The notes beneath the pieces are model-generated. The model was not told where the DNA came from. It did not search any database and saw nothing but the letters and a program-made list of their open reading frames with translations. Made by a program: the position numbers and the translations under genes. A stretch of DNA of 64,000 nt from Isurus oxyrinchus (lineage: Eukaryota). Below, piece after piece: positions 1 through 15,000 of the stretch (within the stretch, counting starts at the first letter, position 1; each line of letters starts with the position of its first letter). The stretch spans positions 868,001 through 932,000 of the forward strand of contig JANJGN010000163.1 in the NCBI GenBank assembly GCA_026770705.1. Reading direction: 5' to 3'.

Positions 1-3000
1 AATGAGTGAATGAAGGGTAGAGCTGTCTTGTCAATGAGTGATTGAAGTGTAGAGCTGTCTTGTCAATGAGTGACTGAAGGGTAGAGCTGTCTTGTCAATG
101 AGTGACTGAAGGGTAGAGCTGTCTTTTCAATGAGTGACGGAAGGGTAGAGCTGTCTTGTCAATGAGTGACTGAAGGGTAGATCTGTCTTGTCAATGAGTG
201 ACTGAAGGTTAGAGCTGTCTTGTCAATGAGTGACTGAAGGGTAGAGCTGTCTTGTCAATGAGTGAATGAAGGTTAGAGCTGTCTTGTCAATGAGTGACTG
301 AATGGTAGAGCTGTCTTGTCAATGAGTGACTGTTGTGTAGAGCTGTCTTGTCAATGATTGATTGAAGGGTAGAGCTGTCTTGTCAATCAGTGACTGAATG
401 GTAGAGCTGTCTTGTCAATGAGTGACTGAAGGGTAGAGCTGTTTTGTCAATCAGTGACTGAAAGGTAGAGCTGTATTGTCAATGAGTGACTGAATGGTAG
501 AGCTGTCTTGTCAATGAGTGACTGAAGCGTAGAGCTGTCTTGTCAATGAGTGACTGAAGGGTCGAGGTGTCTTGTCAATGAGTGACTGAAGGGTAGACCT
601 CTCTTGTCAATGAATAACTGAAGGGTAGAGCTGTCTTGTCAATGAGTAACTGAAGGGAAGAGCTGTCCTGTCAATGAGTGACTTAAGCTAAGAGCTGTCT
701 TGTTAATCAGTGACTGAAGGGTAGAGCTGTCTTGTCAATGAGTGACTGAATGGTAGAGCTGTCTTTTCAATGAGTGACTGAAGGGTAGATGTGTCTTGTC
801 AATGATTGACTGAAGGGTAGAGCTGCCTTGTCAATGAGTGAATGAAGGTTAGAGCTGTCTTGTCATTGAGTGACTGAATGGTAGAGCTGTCTTGTCAATG
901 AGTGACTGTTGTGTAGAGCTGTCTTGTCAATGATTGATTGAAGGGTAGAGCTGTCTTGTCAATCAGTGACTGAATGGTGGAGCTGTCTTGTCAATCAGTG
1001 ACTGAAGGGTAGAGCTGTTTTGTCAATCAGTGACTGAAGGGTAGAGCTGTATTGTCAATGAGTGACTGAATGGTAGAGCTGTCTTGTCAATGAGTGACTG
1101 AAGGGTAGAGCTGTCTTTTCAATGAGTGACTGAAGGGTCGAGGTGTCTTGTCAATGAGTGACTGAAGGGTAGACCTCTCTTGTCAATGAATAACTGAAGG
1201 GTAGAGCTGTCTTGTCAATGAGTAACTGAAGGGTAGAGCTGTCTTGTCAATGAGTGACTGAAGGGTAGAACTTTCTTGTCAATGAGTGACTGAAGGGTAG
1301 AGCTGTCTTGTCAATGAGTAACTGAAGTGTAGAGATGTCTTGTCAATGAGTGACTGAACGGTAGAGCTGTCTTTTCAATGAGTGACTGAAGGGTAGAGCT
1401 GTCTTGTCAATCAGTGACTGAATGGTAGAGCTGTCTTGTCAATCAGTGACCGAAGGGTAGAGGTGTCTTGTCAATGAGTGACTGAAGGGTAGAGCTGTCT
1501 TGTCAATGAGTGACTGAAGGGTAGAGCTGTCTTGTCAATGAGTGACTGAAGGGTAGAGCTGTCTTGTCAGTCAGTGACTGAAGGGTAGACCTCTCTTGTC
1601 AATGAGTGACTGAAGGGTTGAGCTGCCTTGTCAATGAGTGACAGAAGGGTAGAGTTGTCTTGCCAATGAGTGACAGAAGGGTAGAGTTGTCTTGTCAATG
1701 AGTTACTGAAGGGTAGAGCTCTCTTGTCAATGAGCGACTGAAGGGTAGAGCTGTCTTGTCAATGAGTAACTGAAGGGTAGAGCTGTCTTGTCAATGAGTA
1801 ACTGAAGGGTAGAGCTGTCTTGTCAATGAGTGACTGAAGGGTAGTGCTGTCTTTTCAATGAGTTACTGAAGGGTAGATCTGTCTTGTCAATGAGTGACTG
1901 AATGGTAGAGCTATCTTGTCAATGAGTGACTGAAGGGTAGAGCTGTCTTGTCAATGAGTGACTGAAGCATAGAGCTGTCTTGTCAATGAGTGACTGAAGG
2001 GTAGAGCTGTCTTGTCAATGAGTGACTGAAGGGTAGAGCTGTCTTGTCAATCAGTGACTGAATGGTAGAGCTGTCTTGTCAATGAGTGACTGAAGGGTAG
2101 AGCTGTCTTGTCAATGAGTAACTGAAGGGTAGAGCTGTCTTGTCAATGAGTGACTGAAGGGTAGAGCTGTCTTGTCAATGAGTAACTGAAGGGTAGAGCT
2201 GTCTTGTCAATCAGTGACTGAAGGGTAGAGCTGTCTTGTCAATGAGTGACTGAATGGTAGATGTGTCTTGTCAATGAGTGACTGAAGGGTAGAGCTGTCT
2301 TGTCAATGAGTGACTGAAGGGTAGAGCTGTCTTGTCAATGACTGAATGAAGGGTAGAGCTGTCTTGTCAATGAGTGACTGAAGGGTAGAGCTGTTTTGTC
2401 AATGAGTGACTGAAGGGTAGAGCTGTCTTGTCAATGAGTGACTGAAGGTTAGAGGAGTCTTGTCAATGAGTGACTGAAGGGTAGAGCTGTCTTGTCAATG
2501 AGTGAATTAAGGTTAGCGCTGTCTTGTCAATGAGTGACTGAAGGGTAGAGCTGTGTTGTCAATCAGTGACTGAATGGTAGATGTGTCTTGCCAATGAGTG
2601 ACTGAAGGGTTGAGCTGTCTTGTCAATGAGTGACCGAAGGGTAGAGATGTCTTGTCAGTGAGTAACCGAAGGGTAGAGCTGTCTTGTCAATGAGTAACTG
2701 AAGGGTAGAGCTGTCTTGTCAATGAGTGACTGAAGGGTAGAGCTGTCTTGTCAATGAGTGACTGAAGGGTAGATCTGTCTTGTCAATGAGTGACTGAAGG
2801 GTAGAGGTGTCTTGTCAATGAGTGACTGAAGGGTAGAGCTGTCTTGTCAATGAGTGAATGAAGGTTAGAGCTGTCTAGTCAATGATTGACTGAAGGGTAG
2901 AGCTGTCTTGTCAATGAGTGAATGAAGGTTAGAGCTGACTTGTCAATGATTGACTGAAGGGTAGAGCTGTCTTGTCAATGAGTGACTGAAGGGTAGAGCT

Positions 3001-6000
3001 GTCTTGTCAATCAGTGACTGAAGGGTAAAGCTGTCTTGTCAATGAGTGACTGAAGGGTAGAGCCGTCTTGTCAATGAATAACTGAAGGGTAGAGCTGTCT
3101 TTTCAATCAGTGACTGAAGGGTAGTGCAGTGTTGTCAATGAGTAACTGAAGGGTAGACCTGTCTTATGAATGAGTGACTGAAGGGTAGTGCAGTGTTGTC
3201 AATGAGTAACTGAAGGGTAGAGCTGTCTTGTCAATGAGTGACTGAAGGGTAGAGCTGTCTTGTCAATGAGTAACTGAAGGGTAGAGCTGTCTTGTCAATC
3301 AGTGACTGAAGGGTAGAGCTGTCTTGTCAATGAGTAACTGAAGGGTAGAGCTGTCTTGTCAATGAGTGACTGAAGGGTAGAGCTGTCTTGTCAAAGAGCA
3401 ACTGAAGAGTAAAGCTGTCTTGTCAATGAGTGAATGAAGGGTAGAGCTGTCTTGTCAATGAGTGATTGAAGTGTAGAGCTGTCTTGTCAATGAGTGACTG
3501 AAGGGTAGAGCTGTCTTGTCAATGAGTGACTGAAGGGTAGAGCTGTCTTTTCAATGAGTGACGGAAGGGTAGAGCTGTTTTGTCAATGAGTAACTGAAGG
3601 GTAGAGCTGTCTTGTCAATGAGTGACTGAAGGGTAGAGCTGTCTTGTCAATGAGTAACTGAAGGGTAGAGCTGTCTTGTCAATCAGTGACTGAAGGGTAG
3701 AGCTGTCTTGTCAATGAGTGACTGAATGGTAGAGCTGTCTTGTCAATGAGTGAATGAAGGTTAGAGCTGTCTTGTCAATGATTGACTGAAGGGTAGAGCT
3801 GTCTTGTCAATGAGTGAATGAAGGTTAGAGCTGTCTTGTCAATGATTGACTGAAGGGTAGAACTGTCTTGTCAATGAGTGACTGAAGGGTAGAGCTGTCT
3901 TGTCAATCAGTGACTGAAGGGTAGAGATGTCTTGTCAGTCAGTGACTGAAGGGTAGAGCTGTCTTGTCAATGAGTGACTGAAGGGTAAAGCTGTCCTGTC
4001 AATGAGTGACTGAAAGGTAGAGCTGTCTTGTCAATGAATAACTGAAGGGTAGAGCTGTCTTTTCAATCAGTGACTGAAGGGTAGTGCAGTGTTGTCAATG
4101 AGTAACTGAAGGGTAGAGCTGTCTTTTCAATGAGTGACTGAAGGGTAGTGCAGTGTTGTCAATGAGTAACTGAAGGGTAGAGCTGTCTTGTCAATGAGTG
4201 ACTGAAGGGTAGAGCTGTCTTGTCAATGAGTAACTGAAGGGTAGAGCTGTCTTGTCAATCAGTGACTGAAGGGTAGAGCTGTCTTGTCAATGAGTAACTG
4301 AAGGGTAGAGCTGTCTTGTCAATGAGTGACTGAAGAGTAGAGCTGTCTTGTCAAAGAGTAACTGAAGAGTAAAGCTGTCTTGTCAATGAGTGAATGAAGG
4401 GTAGAGCTGTCTTGTCAATGAGTGATTGAAGTGTAGAGCTGTCTTGTCAATGAGTGACTGAAGGGTAGAGCTGTCTTGTCAATGAGTGACTGAAGGGTAG
4501 AGCTGTGTTGTCAATCAGTGACGGAAGGGTAGAGCTGTCTTGCCAATGAGTGACTGAAGGGTTGAGCTGTCTTGTCAATGAGTGACTGAAGGGTAGAGAT
4601 GTCTTGTCAGTGAGTAACCGAAGGGTAGAGCTGTCTTGTCAATGAGTAACTGAAGGGTAGAGCTGTCTTGTCAATGAGTGACTGAAGGGTAGAGCTGTCT
4701 TGTCAATGAGTGACTGAAGGGTAGAGCTGTCTTGTCAATGAGTGACTGAAGGGTAGAGGTGTCTTGTCAATGAGTGACTGAAGGGTAGAGCTGTCTTGTC
4801 AATGAGTGAATGAAGGTTAGAGCTGTCTTGTCAATGATTGACTGAAGGGTAAATGTCTTGTCAATGAGTGAATGAAGGTTAGAGCTGTCTTGTCAATGAT
4901 TGACTGAAGGGTAGAGCTGTCTTGTCAATGAGTGACTGAAGGGTAGAGCTGTCTTGTCAATCAGTGACTGAAGGGTAGAGATGTCTTGTCAGTCATTGAC
5001 TGAAGGGTAGAGCTGTCTTGTCAATGACTGACTGAATGGTAAAGCTGTCTTGTCAATGAGTGACTGAAGGGTAGAGCTGTCTTGTCAATGAATAACTGAA
5101 GGGTAGAGCTGTCTTTTCAATCAGTGACTGAAGGGTAGTGCAGTGTTGTCAATGAGTAACTGAAGGGTAGAGCTGTCTTTTCAATGAGTGACTGAAGGGT
5201 AGTGCAGTGTTGTCAATGAGTAACTGAAGGGTAGAGCTGTCTTGTCAATGAGTGACTGAAGGGTAGAGCTGTCTTGTCAATGAGTAACGGAAGGGTAGAG
5301 CTGTCTTCTCAATCAGTGACTGAAGGGTAGAGCTGTCTTGTCAATGAGTAACTGAAGGGTAGAGCTGTCTTGTCAATGCATGACTGAAGGGTAGAGCTGT
5401 CTTGTCAAAGAGCAACTGAAGAGTAAAGCTGTCTTGTCAATGAGTGACTGAAGGGTAGAGCTGTATTGTCAATGAGTAACTGAAGGGTAGAGCTGTCTTG
5501 TCAATGAGTGACTGAAGGGTAGAGCTGTCTTGTCAATGAGTAATTGAAGGGTAGAGCTGTATTGTCAATCAGTGACTGAAGGGTAGAGCTGTCTTGTCAA
5601 TGAGTAACTGAAGGGTAGAGCTGTCTTGTCAATGCATGACTGAAGGGTAGAGCTGTCTTGTCAAAGAGCAACTGAAGAGTAAAGCTGTCTTGTCAATGAG
5701 TGAATGAAGGGTAGAGCTGTCTTGTCAATGAGTGAGTGAAGTGTAGAGCTGTCTTGTCAATGAGTAACTGAAGGGTAGAGCTGTCTTGTCAATGATTGAC
5801 TGAAGGGTAGAGCTGTCTTGTCAATGAGTGAATGAAGGTTAGAGCTGCCTTGTCAATGATTGACTGAAGGGTAGAGCTGTCTTGTCAATGAGTGACTGAA
5901 GGGTAGAGCTGTCTTGTCAATCAGTGACTGAAGGGTAGAGATGTCTTGTCAGTCAGTGACTGAAGGGTAGAGCTGTCTTGTCAATGAGTGACTGAAGGGT

Positions 6001-9000
6001 AAAGCTGTCTTGTCAATGAGTGACTGAAGGGTAGAGCTGTCTTGTCAATGAATAACTCAAGGGTAGAGCTGTCTTTTCAATCAGTGACTGAAGGGTAGTG
6101 CAGTGTTGTCAATGAGTAACTGAAGGGTAGAGCTGTCTTTTCAATGAGTGACTGAAGGGTAGTGCAGTGTTGTCAATGAGTAACTGAAGGGTAGAGCTGT
6201 CTTGTCAATGAGTGACTGAAGGGTAGAGCTGTCTTGTCAATGAGTAACTGAAGGGTAGAGCTGTCTTGTCAATGAGTGACTGAAGGGTAGAGCTGTCTTG
6301 TCAATGAGTAACTGAAGGGTAGAGCTGTCTTGTCAATCAGTGACTGAAGGGTAGAGCTGTCTTGTCAAAGAGTAACTGAAGAGTAAAGCTGTCTTGTCAA
6401 TGAGTGAATGAAGTGTAGAGCTGTCTTGTCAATGAGTGATTGAAGTGTAGAGCTGTCTTGTCAATGAGTGACTGAAGGGTAGAGCTGTCTTGTCAATGAG
6501 TGACTGAAGGGTAGAGCTGTCTTTTCAATGAGTGACGGAAGGGTAGAGCTGTCTTGTCAATGAGTGACTGAAGGGTAGAGATGTCTTGTCAATGAGTGAC
6601 TGAAGGTTAGAGCTGTCTTGTCAATGAGTGACTGAAGGGTAGAGCTGTCCTGTCAATGAGTGACTTAAGGTAAGAGCTGTATTGTTAATCAGTGACTGAA
6701 GGGTAGAGCTGTCTTGTCAATGAGTGACTGAATGGTAGAGCTGTCTTTTCAATGAGTGACTGAAGGGTAGAGGTGTCTTGTCAATGAGTGAATGAAGGTT
6801 AGAGCTGTCTTGTCAATGATTGACTGAAGGGTAGAGCTGTCTTGTCAATGACTGAATGAAGGTTAGAGCTGTCTTGTCAATGATTGACTGAAGGGTAGAG
6901 CTGTCTTGTCAATGAGTGACTGAAGGGTAGAGCTGTCTTGTCAATCAGTGACTGAAGGGTAGAGATGTCTTGTCAGTCAGTGACTGAAGGGTAGAGCTGT
7001 CTTGTCAATGAGTGATTGAAGGGTAAAGCTGTCTTGTCAATGAGTGACTGAAGGGTAGAGCTGTCTTGTCAATGAATAACTGAAGGGTAGAGCTGTCTTT
7101 TCAATCAGTGACTGAAGGGTAGTGCAGTGTTGTCAATGAGTAACTGAAGGGTAGAGCTGTCTTTTCAATGAGTGACTGAAGGGTAGTGCAGTGTTGTCAA
7201 TGAGTAACTGAAGGGTAGAGCTGTCTTGTCAATGAGTGACTGAAGGGTAGAGCTGTCTTGTCAATGAGTAACTGAAGGGTAGAGCTGTCTTGTCAATGAG
7301 TGACTGAAGGGTAGAGCTGTCTTGTCAATGAGTAACTGAAGGGTAGAGCTGTCTTGTCAATGAGTGACTGAAGGGTAGAGCTGTCTTGTCAAAGAGTAAC
7401 TGAAGAGTAAAGCTGTCTTGTCAATGAGTGAATGAAGGGTAGAGCTGTCTTGTCAATGAGTGATTGAAGTGTAGAGCTGTCTTGTCAATGAGTGACTGAA
7501 GGGTAGAGCTGTCTTGTCAATGAGTGACTGAAGGGTAGAGCTGTCTTTTCAATGAGTGACGGAAGGGTAGAGCTGTCTTGTCAATGAGTGACTGAAGGGT
7601 AGATCTGTCTTGTCAATGAGTGACTGAAGGTTAGAGCTGTCTTGTCAATGAGTGACTGAAGGGTAGAGCTGTCTTGTCAATGAGTGAATGAAGGTTAGAG
7701 CTGTCTTGTCAATGAGTGACTGAATGGTAGAGCTGTCTTGTCAATGAGTGACTGTTGTGTAGAGCTGTCTTGTCAATGATTGATTGAAGGGTAGAGCTGT
7801 CTTGTCAATCAGTGACTGAATGGTAGAGCTGTCTTGTCAATGAGTGACTGAAGGGTAGAGCTGTTTTGTCAATCAGTGACTGAAAGGTAGAGCTGTATTG
7901 TCAATGAGTGACTGAATGGTAGAGCTGTCTTGTCAATGAGTGACTGAAGCGTAGAGCTGTCTTGTCAATGAGTGACTGAAGGGTCGAGGTGTCTTGTCAA
8001 TGAGTGACTGAAGGGTAGACCTCTCTTGTCAATGAATAACTGAAGGGTAGAGCTGTCTTGTCAATGAGTAACTGAAGGGAAGAGCTGTCCTGTCAATGAG
8101 TGACTTAAGCTAAGAGCTGTCTTGTTAATCAGTGACTGAAGGGTAGAGCTGTCTTGTCAATGAGTGACTGAATGGTAGAGCTGTCTTTTCAATGAGTGAC
8201 TGAAGGGTAGAGGTGTCTTGTCAATGAGTGACTGAAGGGTAGAGCTGCCTTGTCAATGAGTGAATGAAGGTTAGAGCTGTCTTGTCATTGAGTGACTGAA
8301 TGGTAGAGCTGTCTTGTCAATGAGTGACTGTTGTGTAGAGCTGTCTTGTCAATGATTGATTGAAGGGTAGAGCTGTCTTGTCAATCAGTGACTGAATGGT
8401 GGAGCTGTCTTGTCAATCAGTGACTGAAGGGTAGAGCTGTTTTGTCAATCAGTGACTGAAGGGTAGAGCTGTATTGTCAATGAGTGACTGAATGGTAGAG
8501 CTGTCTTGTCAATGAGTGACTGAAGGGTAGAGCTGTCTTTTCAATGAGTGACTGAAGGGTCGAGGTGTCTTGTCAATGAGTGACTGAAGGGTAGACCTCT
8601 CTTGTCAATGAATAACTGAAGGGTAGAGCTGTCTTGTCAATGAGTAACTGAAGGGTAGAGCTGTCTTGTCAATGAGTGACTGAAGGGTAGAACTTTCTTG
8701 TCAATGAGTGACTGAAGGGTAGAGCTGTCTTGTCAATGAGTAACTGAAGTGTAGAGATGTCTTGTCAATGAGTGACTGAACGGTAGAGCTGTCTTTTCAA
8801 TGAGTGACTGAAGGGTAGAGCTGTCTTGTCAATCAGTGACTGAATGGTAGAGCTGTCTTGTCAATCAGTGACCGAAGGGTAGAGGTGTCTTGTCAATGAG
8901 TGACTGAAGGGTAGAGCTGTCTTGTCAATGAGTGACTGAAGGGTAGAGCTGTCTTGTCAATGAGTGACTGAAGGGTAGAGCTGTCTTGTCAGTCAGTGAC

Positions 9001-12000
9001 TGAAGGGTAGACCTCTCTTGTCAATGAGTGACTGAAGGGTTGAGCTGCCTTGTCAATGAGTGACAGAAGGGTAGAGTTGTCTTGCCAATGAGTGACAGAA
9101 GGGTAGAGTTGTCTTGTCAATGAGTTACTGAAGGGTAGAGCTCTCTTGTCAATGAGCGACTGAAGGGTAGAGCTGTCTTGTCAATGAGTAACTGAAGGGT
9201 AGAGCTGTCTTGTCAATGAGTAACTGAAGGGTAGAGCTGTCTTGTCAATGAGTGACTGAAGGGTAGTGCTGTCTTTTCAATGAGTTACTGAAGGGTAGAT
9301 CTGTCTTGTCAATGAGTGACTGAATGGTAGAGCTATCTTGTCAATGAGTGACTGAAGGGTAGAGCTGTCTTGTCAATGAGTGACTGAAGCATAGAGCTGT
9401 CTTGTCAATGAGTGACTGAAGGGTAGAGCTGTCTTGTCAATGAGTGACTGAAGGGTAGAGCTGTCTTGTCAATCAGTGACTGAATGGTAGAGCTGTCTTG
9501 TCAATGAGTGACTGAAGGGTAGAGCTGTCTTGTCAATGAGTAACTGAAGGGTAGAGCTGTCTTGTCAATGAGTGACTGAAGGGTAGAGCTGTCTTGTCAA
9601 TGAGTAACTGAAGGGTAGAGCTGTCTTGTCAATCAGTGACTGAAGGGTAGAGCTGTCTTGTCAATGAGTGACTGAATGGTAGATGTGTCTTGTCAATGAG
9701 TGACTGAAGGGTAGAGCTGTCTTGTCAATGAGTGACTGAAGGGTAGAGCTGTCTTGTCAATGACTGAATGAAGGGTAGAGCTGTCTTGTCAATGAGTGAC
9801 TGAAGGGTAGAGCTGTTTTGTCAATGAGTGACTGAAGGGTAGAGCTGTCTTGTCAATGAGTGACTGAAGGTTAGAGGAGTCTTGTCAATGAGTGACTGAA
9901 GGGTAGAGCTGTCTTGTCAATGAGTGAATTAAGGTTAGCGCTGTCTTGTCAATCAGTGACTGAAGGGTAGAGCTGTGTTGTCAATCAGTGACTGAATGGT
10001 AGATGTGTCTTGCCAATGAGTGACTGAAGGGTTGAGCTGTCTTGTCAATGAGTGACCGAAGGGTAGAGATGTCTTGTCAGTGAGTAACCGAAGGGTAGAG
10101 CTGTCTTGTCAATGAGTAACTGAAGGGTAGAGCTGTCTTGTCAATGAGTGACTGAAGGGTAGAGCTGTCTTGTCAATGAGTGACTGAAGGGTAGATCTGT
10201 CTTGTCAATGAGTGACTGAAGGGTAGAGGTGTCTTGTCAATGAGTGACTGAAGGGTAGAGCTGTCTTGTCAATGAGTGAATGAAGGTTAGAGCTGTCTAG
10301 TCAATGATTGACTGAAGGGTAGAGCTGTCTTGTCAATGAGTGAATGAAGGTTAGAGCTGACTTGTCAATGATTGACTGAAGGGTAGAGCTGTCTTGTCAA
10401 TGAGTGACTGAAGGGTAGAGCTGTCTTGTCAATCAGTGACTGAAGGGTAAAGCTGTCTTGTCAATGAGTGACTGAAGGGTAGAGCCGTCTTGTCAATGAA
10501 TAACTGAAGGGTAGAGCTGTCTTTTCAATCAGTGACTGAAGGGTAGTGCAGTGTTGTCAATGAGTAACTGAAGGGTAGACCTGTCTTATGAATGAGTGAC
10601 TGAAGGGTAGTGCAGTGTTGTCAATGAGTAACTGAAGGGTAGAGCTGTCTTGTCAATGAGTGACTGAAGGGTAGAGCTGTCTTGTCAATGAGTAACTGAA
10701 GGGTAGAGCTGTCTTGTCAATGAGTGACTGAAGGGTAGAGCTGTCTTGTCAATGAGTAACTGAAGGGTAGAGCTGTCTTGTCAATGAGTGACTGAAGGGT
10801 AGAGCTGTCTTGTCAAAGAGCAACTGAAGAGTAAAGCTGTCTTGTCAATGAGTGAATGAAGGGTAGAGCTGTCTTGTCAATGAGTGATTGAAGTGTAGAG
10901 CTGTCTTGTCAATGAGTGACTGAAGGGTAGAGCTGTCTTGTCAATGAGTGACTGAAGGGTAGAGCTGTCTTTTCAATGAGTGACGGAAGGGTAGAGCTGT
11001 CTTGTCAATGAGTAACTGAAGGGTAGAGCTGTCTTGTCAATGAGTGACTGAAGGGTAGAGCTGTCTTGTCAATGAGTAACTGAAGGGTAGAGCTGTCTTG
11101 TCAATCAGTGACTGAAGGGTAGAGCTGTCTTGTCAATGAGTGACTGAATGGTAGAGCTGTCTTGTCAATGAGTGAATGAAGGTTAGAGCTGTCTTGTCAA
11201 TGATTGACTGAAGGGTAGAGCTGTCTTGTCAATGAGTGAATGAAGGTTAGAGCTGTCTTGTCAATGATTGACTGAAGGGTAGAACTGTCTTTTCAATCAG
11301 TGACTGAAGGGTAGTGCAGTGTTGTCAATGAGTAACTGAAGGGTAGAGCTGTCTTTTCAATGAGTGACTGAAGGGTAGTGCAGTGTTGTCAATGAGTAAC
11401 TGAAGGGTAGAGCTGTCTTGTCAATGAGTGACTGAAGGGTAGAGCTGTCTTGTCAATGAGTAACTGAAGGGTAGAGCTGTCTTGTCAATCAGTGACTGAA
11501 GGGTAGAGCTGTCTTGTCAATGAGTAACTGAAGGGTAGAGCTGTCTTGTCAATGAGTGACTGAAGGGTAGAGCTGTCTTGTCAAAGAGTAACTGAAGAGT
11601 AAAGCTGTCTTGTCAATGAGTGAATGAAGGGTAGAGCTGTCTTGTCAATGAGTGATTGAATGGTAGAGCTGTCTTGTCAATGAGTGACTGAAGGGTAGAG
11701 CTGTCTTGTCAATGAGTGACTGAAGGGTAGAGCTGTGTTGTCAATCAGTGACGGAAGGGTAGAGCTGTCTTGCCAATGAGTGACTGAAGGGTTGAGCTGT
11801 CTTGTCAATGAGTGACTGAAGGGTAGAGATGTCTTGTCAGTGAGTAACCGAAGGGTAGAGCTGTCTTGTCAATGAGTAACTGAAGGGTAGAGCTGTCTTG
11901 TCAATGAGTGACTGAAGGGTAGAGCTGTCTTGTCAATGAGTGACTGAAGGGTAGAGCTGTCTTGTCAATGAGTGACTGAAGGGTAGAGGTGTCTTGTCAA

Positions 12001-15000
12001 TGAGTGACTGAAGGGTAGAGCTGTCTTGTCAATGAGTGAATGAAGGTTAGAGCTGTCTTGTCAATGATTGACTGAAGGGTAAATGTCTTGTCAATGAGTG
12101 AATGAAGGTTAGAGCTGTCTTGTCAATGATTGACTGAAGGGTAGAGCTGTCTTGTCAATGAGTGACTGAAGGGTAGAGCTGTCTTGTCAATCAGTGACTG
12201 AAGGGTAGAGATGTCTTGTCAGTCATTGACTGAAGGGTAGAGCTGTCTTGTCAATGACTGACTGAATGGTAAAGCTGTCTTGTCAATGAGTGACTGAAGG
12301 GTAGAGCTGTCTTGTCAATGAATAACTGAAGGGTAGAGCTGTCTTTTCAATCAGTGACTGAAGGGTAGTGCAGTGTTGTCAATGAGTAACTGAAGGGTAG
12401 AGCTGTCTTTTCAATGAGTGACTGAAGGGTAGTGCAGTGTTGTCAATGAGTAACTGAAGGGTAGAGCTGTCTTGTCAATGAGTGACTGAAGGGTAGAGCT
12501 GTCTTGTCAATGAGTAACGGAAGGGTAGAGCTGTCTTCTCAATCAGTGACTGAAGGGTAGAGCTGTCTTGTCAATGAGTAACTGAAGGGTAGAGCTGTCT
12601 TGTCAATGCATGACTGAAGGGTAGAGCTGTCTTGTCAAAGAGCAACTGAAGAGTAAAGCTGTCTTGTCAATGAGTGACTGAAGGGTAGAGCTGTATTGTC
12701 AATGAGTAACTGAAGGGTAGAGCTGTCTTGTCAATGAGTGACTGAAGGGTAGAGCTGTCTTGTCAATGAGTAATTGAAGGGTAGAGCTGTATTGTCAATC
12801 AGTGACTGAAGGGTAGAGCTGTCTTGTCAATGAGTAACTGAAGGGTAGAGCTGTCTTGTCAATGCATGACTGAAGGGTAGAGCTGTCTTGTCAAAGAGCA
12901 ACTGAAGAGTAAAGCTGTCTTGTCAATGAGTGAATGAAGGGTAGAGCTGTCTTGTCAATGAGTGAGTGAAGTGTAGAGCTGTCTTGTCAATGAGTAACTG
13001 AAGGGTAGAGCTGTCTTGTCAATGAGTGACTGAAGGGTAGAGCTGTCTTTTCAATGAGTGACGGAAGGGTAGAGCTGTCTTGTCAATGAGTAACTGAAGG
13101 GTAGAGCTGTCTTGTCAATGAGTGACTGAAGGGTAGAGCTGTCTTGTCAATGAGTAACTGAAGGGTAGAGCTGTCTTGTCAATCAGTGACTGAAGGGTAG
13201 AGCTGTCTTGTCAATGAGTGACTGAATGGTAGAGCTGTCTTGTCAATGAATAGCTGAAGGGTAGAGCTGTCTTTTCAATCAGTGACTGAAGGGTAGTGCA
13301 GTGTTGTCAATGAGTAACTGAAGGGTAGACCTGTCTTTTCAATGAGTGACTGAAGGGTAGTGCAGTGTTGTCAATGAGTAACTGAAGGGTAGAGCTGTCT
13401 TGTCAATGAGTGACTGAAGGGTAGAGCTGTCTTGTCAATGAGTAACTGAAGGGTAGAGCTGTCTTGTCAATCAGTGACTGAAGGGTAGAGCTGTCTTGTC
13501 AATGAGTAACTGAAGGGTAGAGCTGTCTTGTCAATGAGTGACTGAAGGGTAGAGCTGTCTTGTCAAAGAGCAACTGAAGAGTAAAGCTGTCTTGTCAATG
13601 AGTGAATGAAGGGTAGAGCTGTCTTGTCAATGAGTGATTGAAGTGTAGAGCTGTCTTGTCAATGAGTGACTGAAGGGTAGAGCTGTCTTGTCAATGAGTG
13701 ACTGAAGGGTAGAGCTGTCTTTTCAATGAGTGACGGAAGGGTAGAGCTGTCTTGTCAATGAGTAACTGAAGGGTAGAACTGTCTTGTCAATGAGTGACTG
13801 AAGGGTAGAGCTGTCTTGTCAATCAGTGACTGAAGGGTAGAGATGTCTTGTCAGTCAGTGACTGAAGGGTAGAGCTGTCTTGTCAATGAGTGACTGAAGG
13901 GTAAAGCTGTCCTGTCAATGAGTGACTGAAAGGTAGAGCTGTCTTGTCAATGAATAACTGAAGGGTAGAGCTGTCTTTTCAATCAGTGACTGAAGGGTAG
14001 TGCAGTGTTGTCAATGAGTAACTGAAGGGTAGAGCTGTCTTTTCAATGAGTGACTGAAGGGTAGTGCAGTGTTGTCAATGAGTAACTGAAGGGTAGAGCT
14101 GTCTTGTCAATGAGTGACTGAAGGGTAGAGCTGTCTTGTCAATGAGTAACTGAAGGGTAGAGCTGTCTTGTCAATCAGTGACTGAAGGGTAGAGCTGTCT
14201 TGTCAATGAGTAACTGAAGGGTAGAGCTGTCTTGTCAATGAGTGACTGAAGGGTAGAGCTGTCTTGTCAAAGAGTAACTGAAGAGTAAAGCTGTCTTGTC
14301 AATGAGTGAATGAAGGGTAGAGCTGTCTTGTCAATGAGTGATTGAAGTGTAGAGCTGTCTTGTCAATGAGTGACTGAAGGGTAGAGCTGTCTTGTCAATG
14401 AGTGACTGAAGGGTAGAGCTGTCTGTTCAATGAGTGACGGAAGGGTAGAGCTGTCTTGTCAATGAGTGACTGAAGGGTAGATCTGTCTTGTCAATGAGTG
14501 ACTGAAGGGTAGAGCTGTCTTGTCAATGAGTGACTGAAGGGTAGAGCTGTCCTGTCAATGAGTGACTTAAGGTAAGAGCTGTCTTGTTAATCAGTGACTG
14601 AAGGGTAGAGCTGTCTTGTCAATGAGTGACTGAATGGTAGAGGTGTCTTGTCAATGAGTGAATTAAGGTTACCGCTGTCTTGTCAATCAGTGACTGAAGG
14701 GTAGAGCTGTGTTGTCAATCAGTGACTGAATGGTAGATGTGTCTTGCCAATGAGTGACTGAAGGGTTGAGCTGTCTTGTCAATGAGTGACTGAAGGGTAG
14801 AGATGTCTTGTCAGTGAGTAACCGAAGGGTAGAGCTGTCTTGTCAATGAGTAACTGAAGGGTAGAGCTGTCTTGTCAATGAGTGACTGAAGGGTAGAGCT
14901 GTCTTGTCAATGAGTAACTGAAGGGTAGAGCTGTCTTGTCAATCAGTGACTGAAGGGTAGAGCTGTCTTGTCAATGAGTGACTGAATGGTAGAGCTGTCT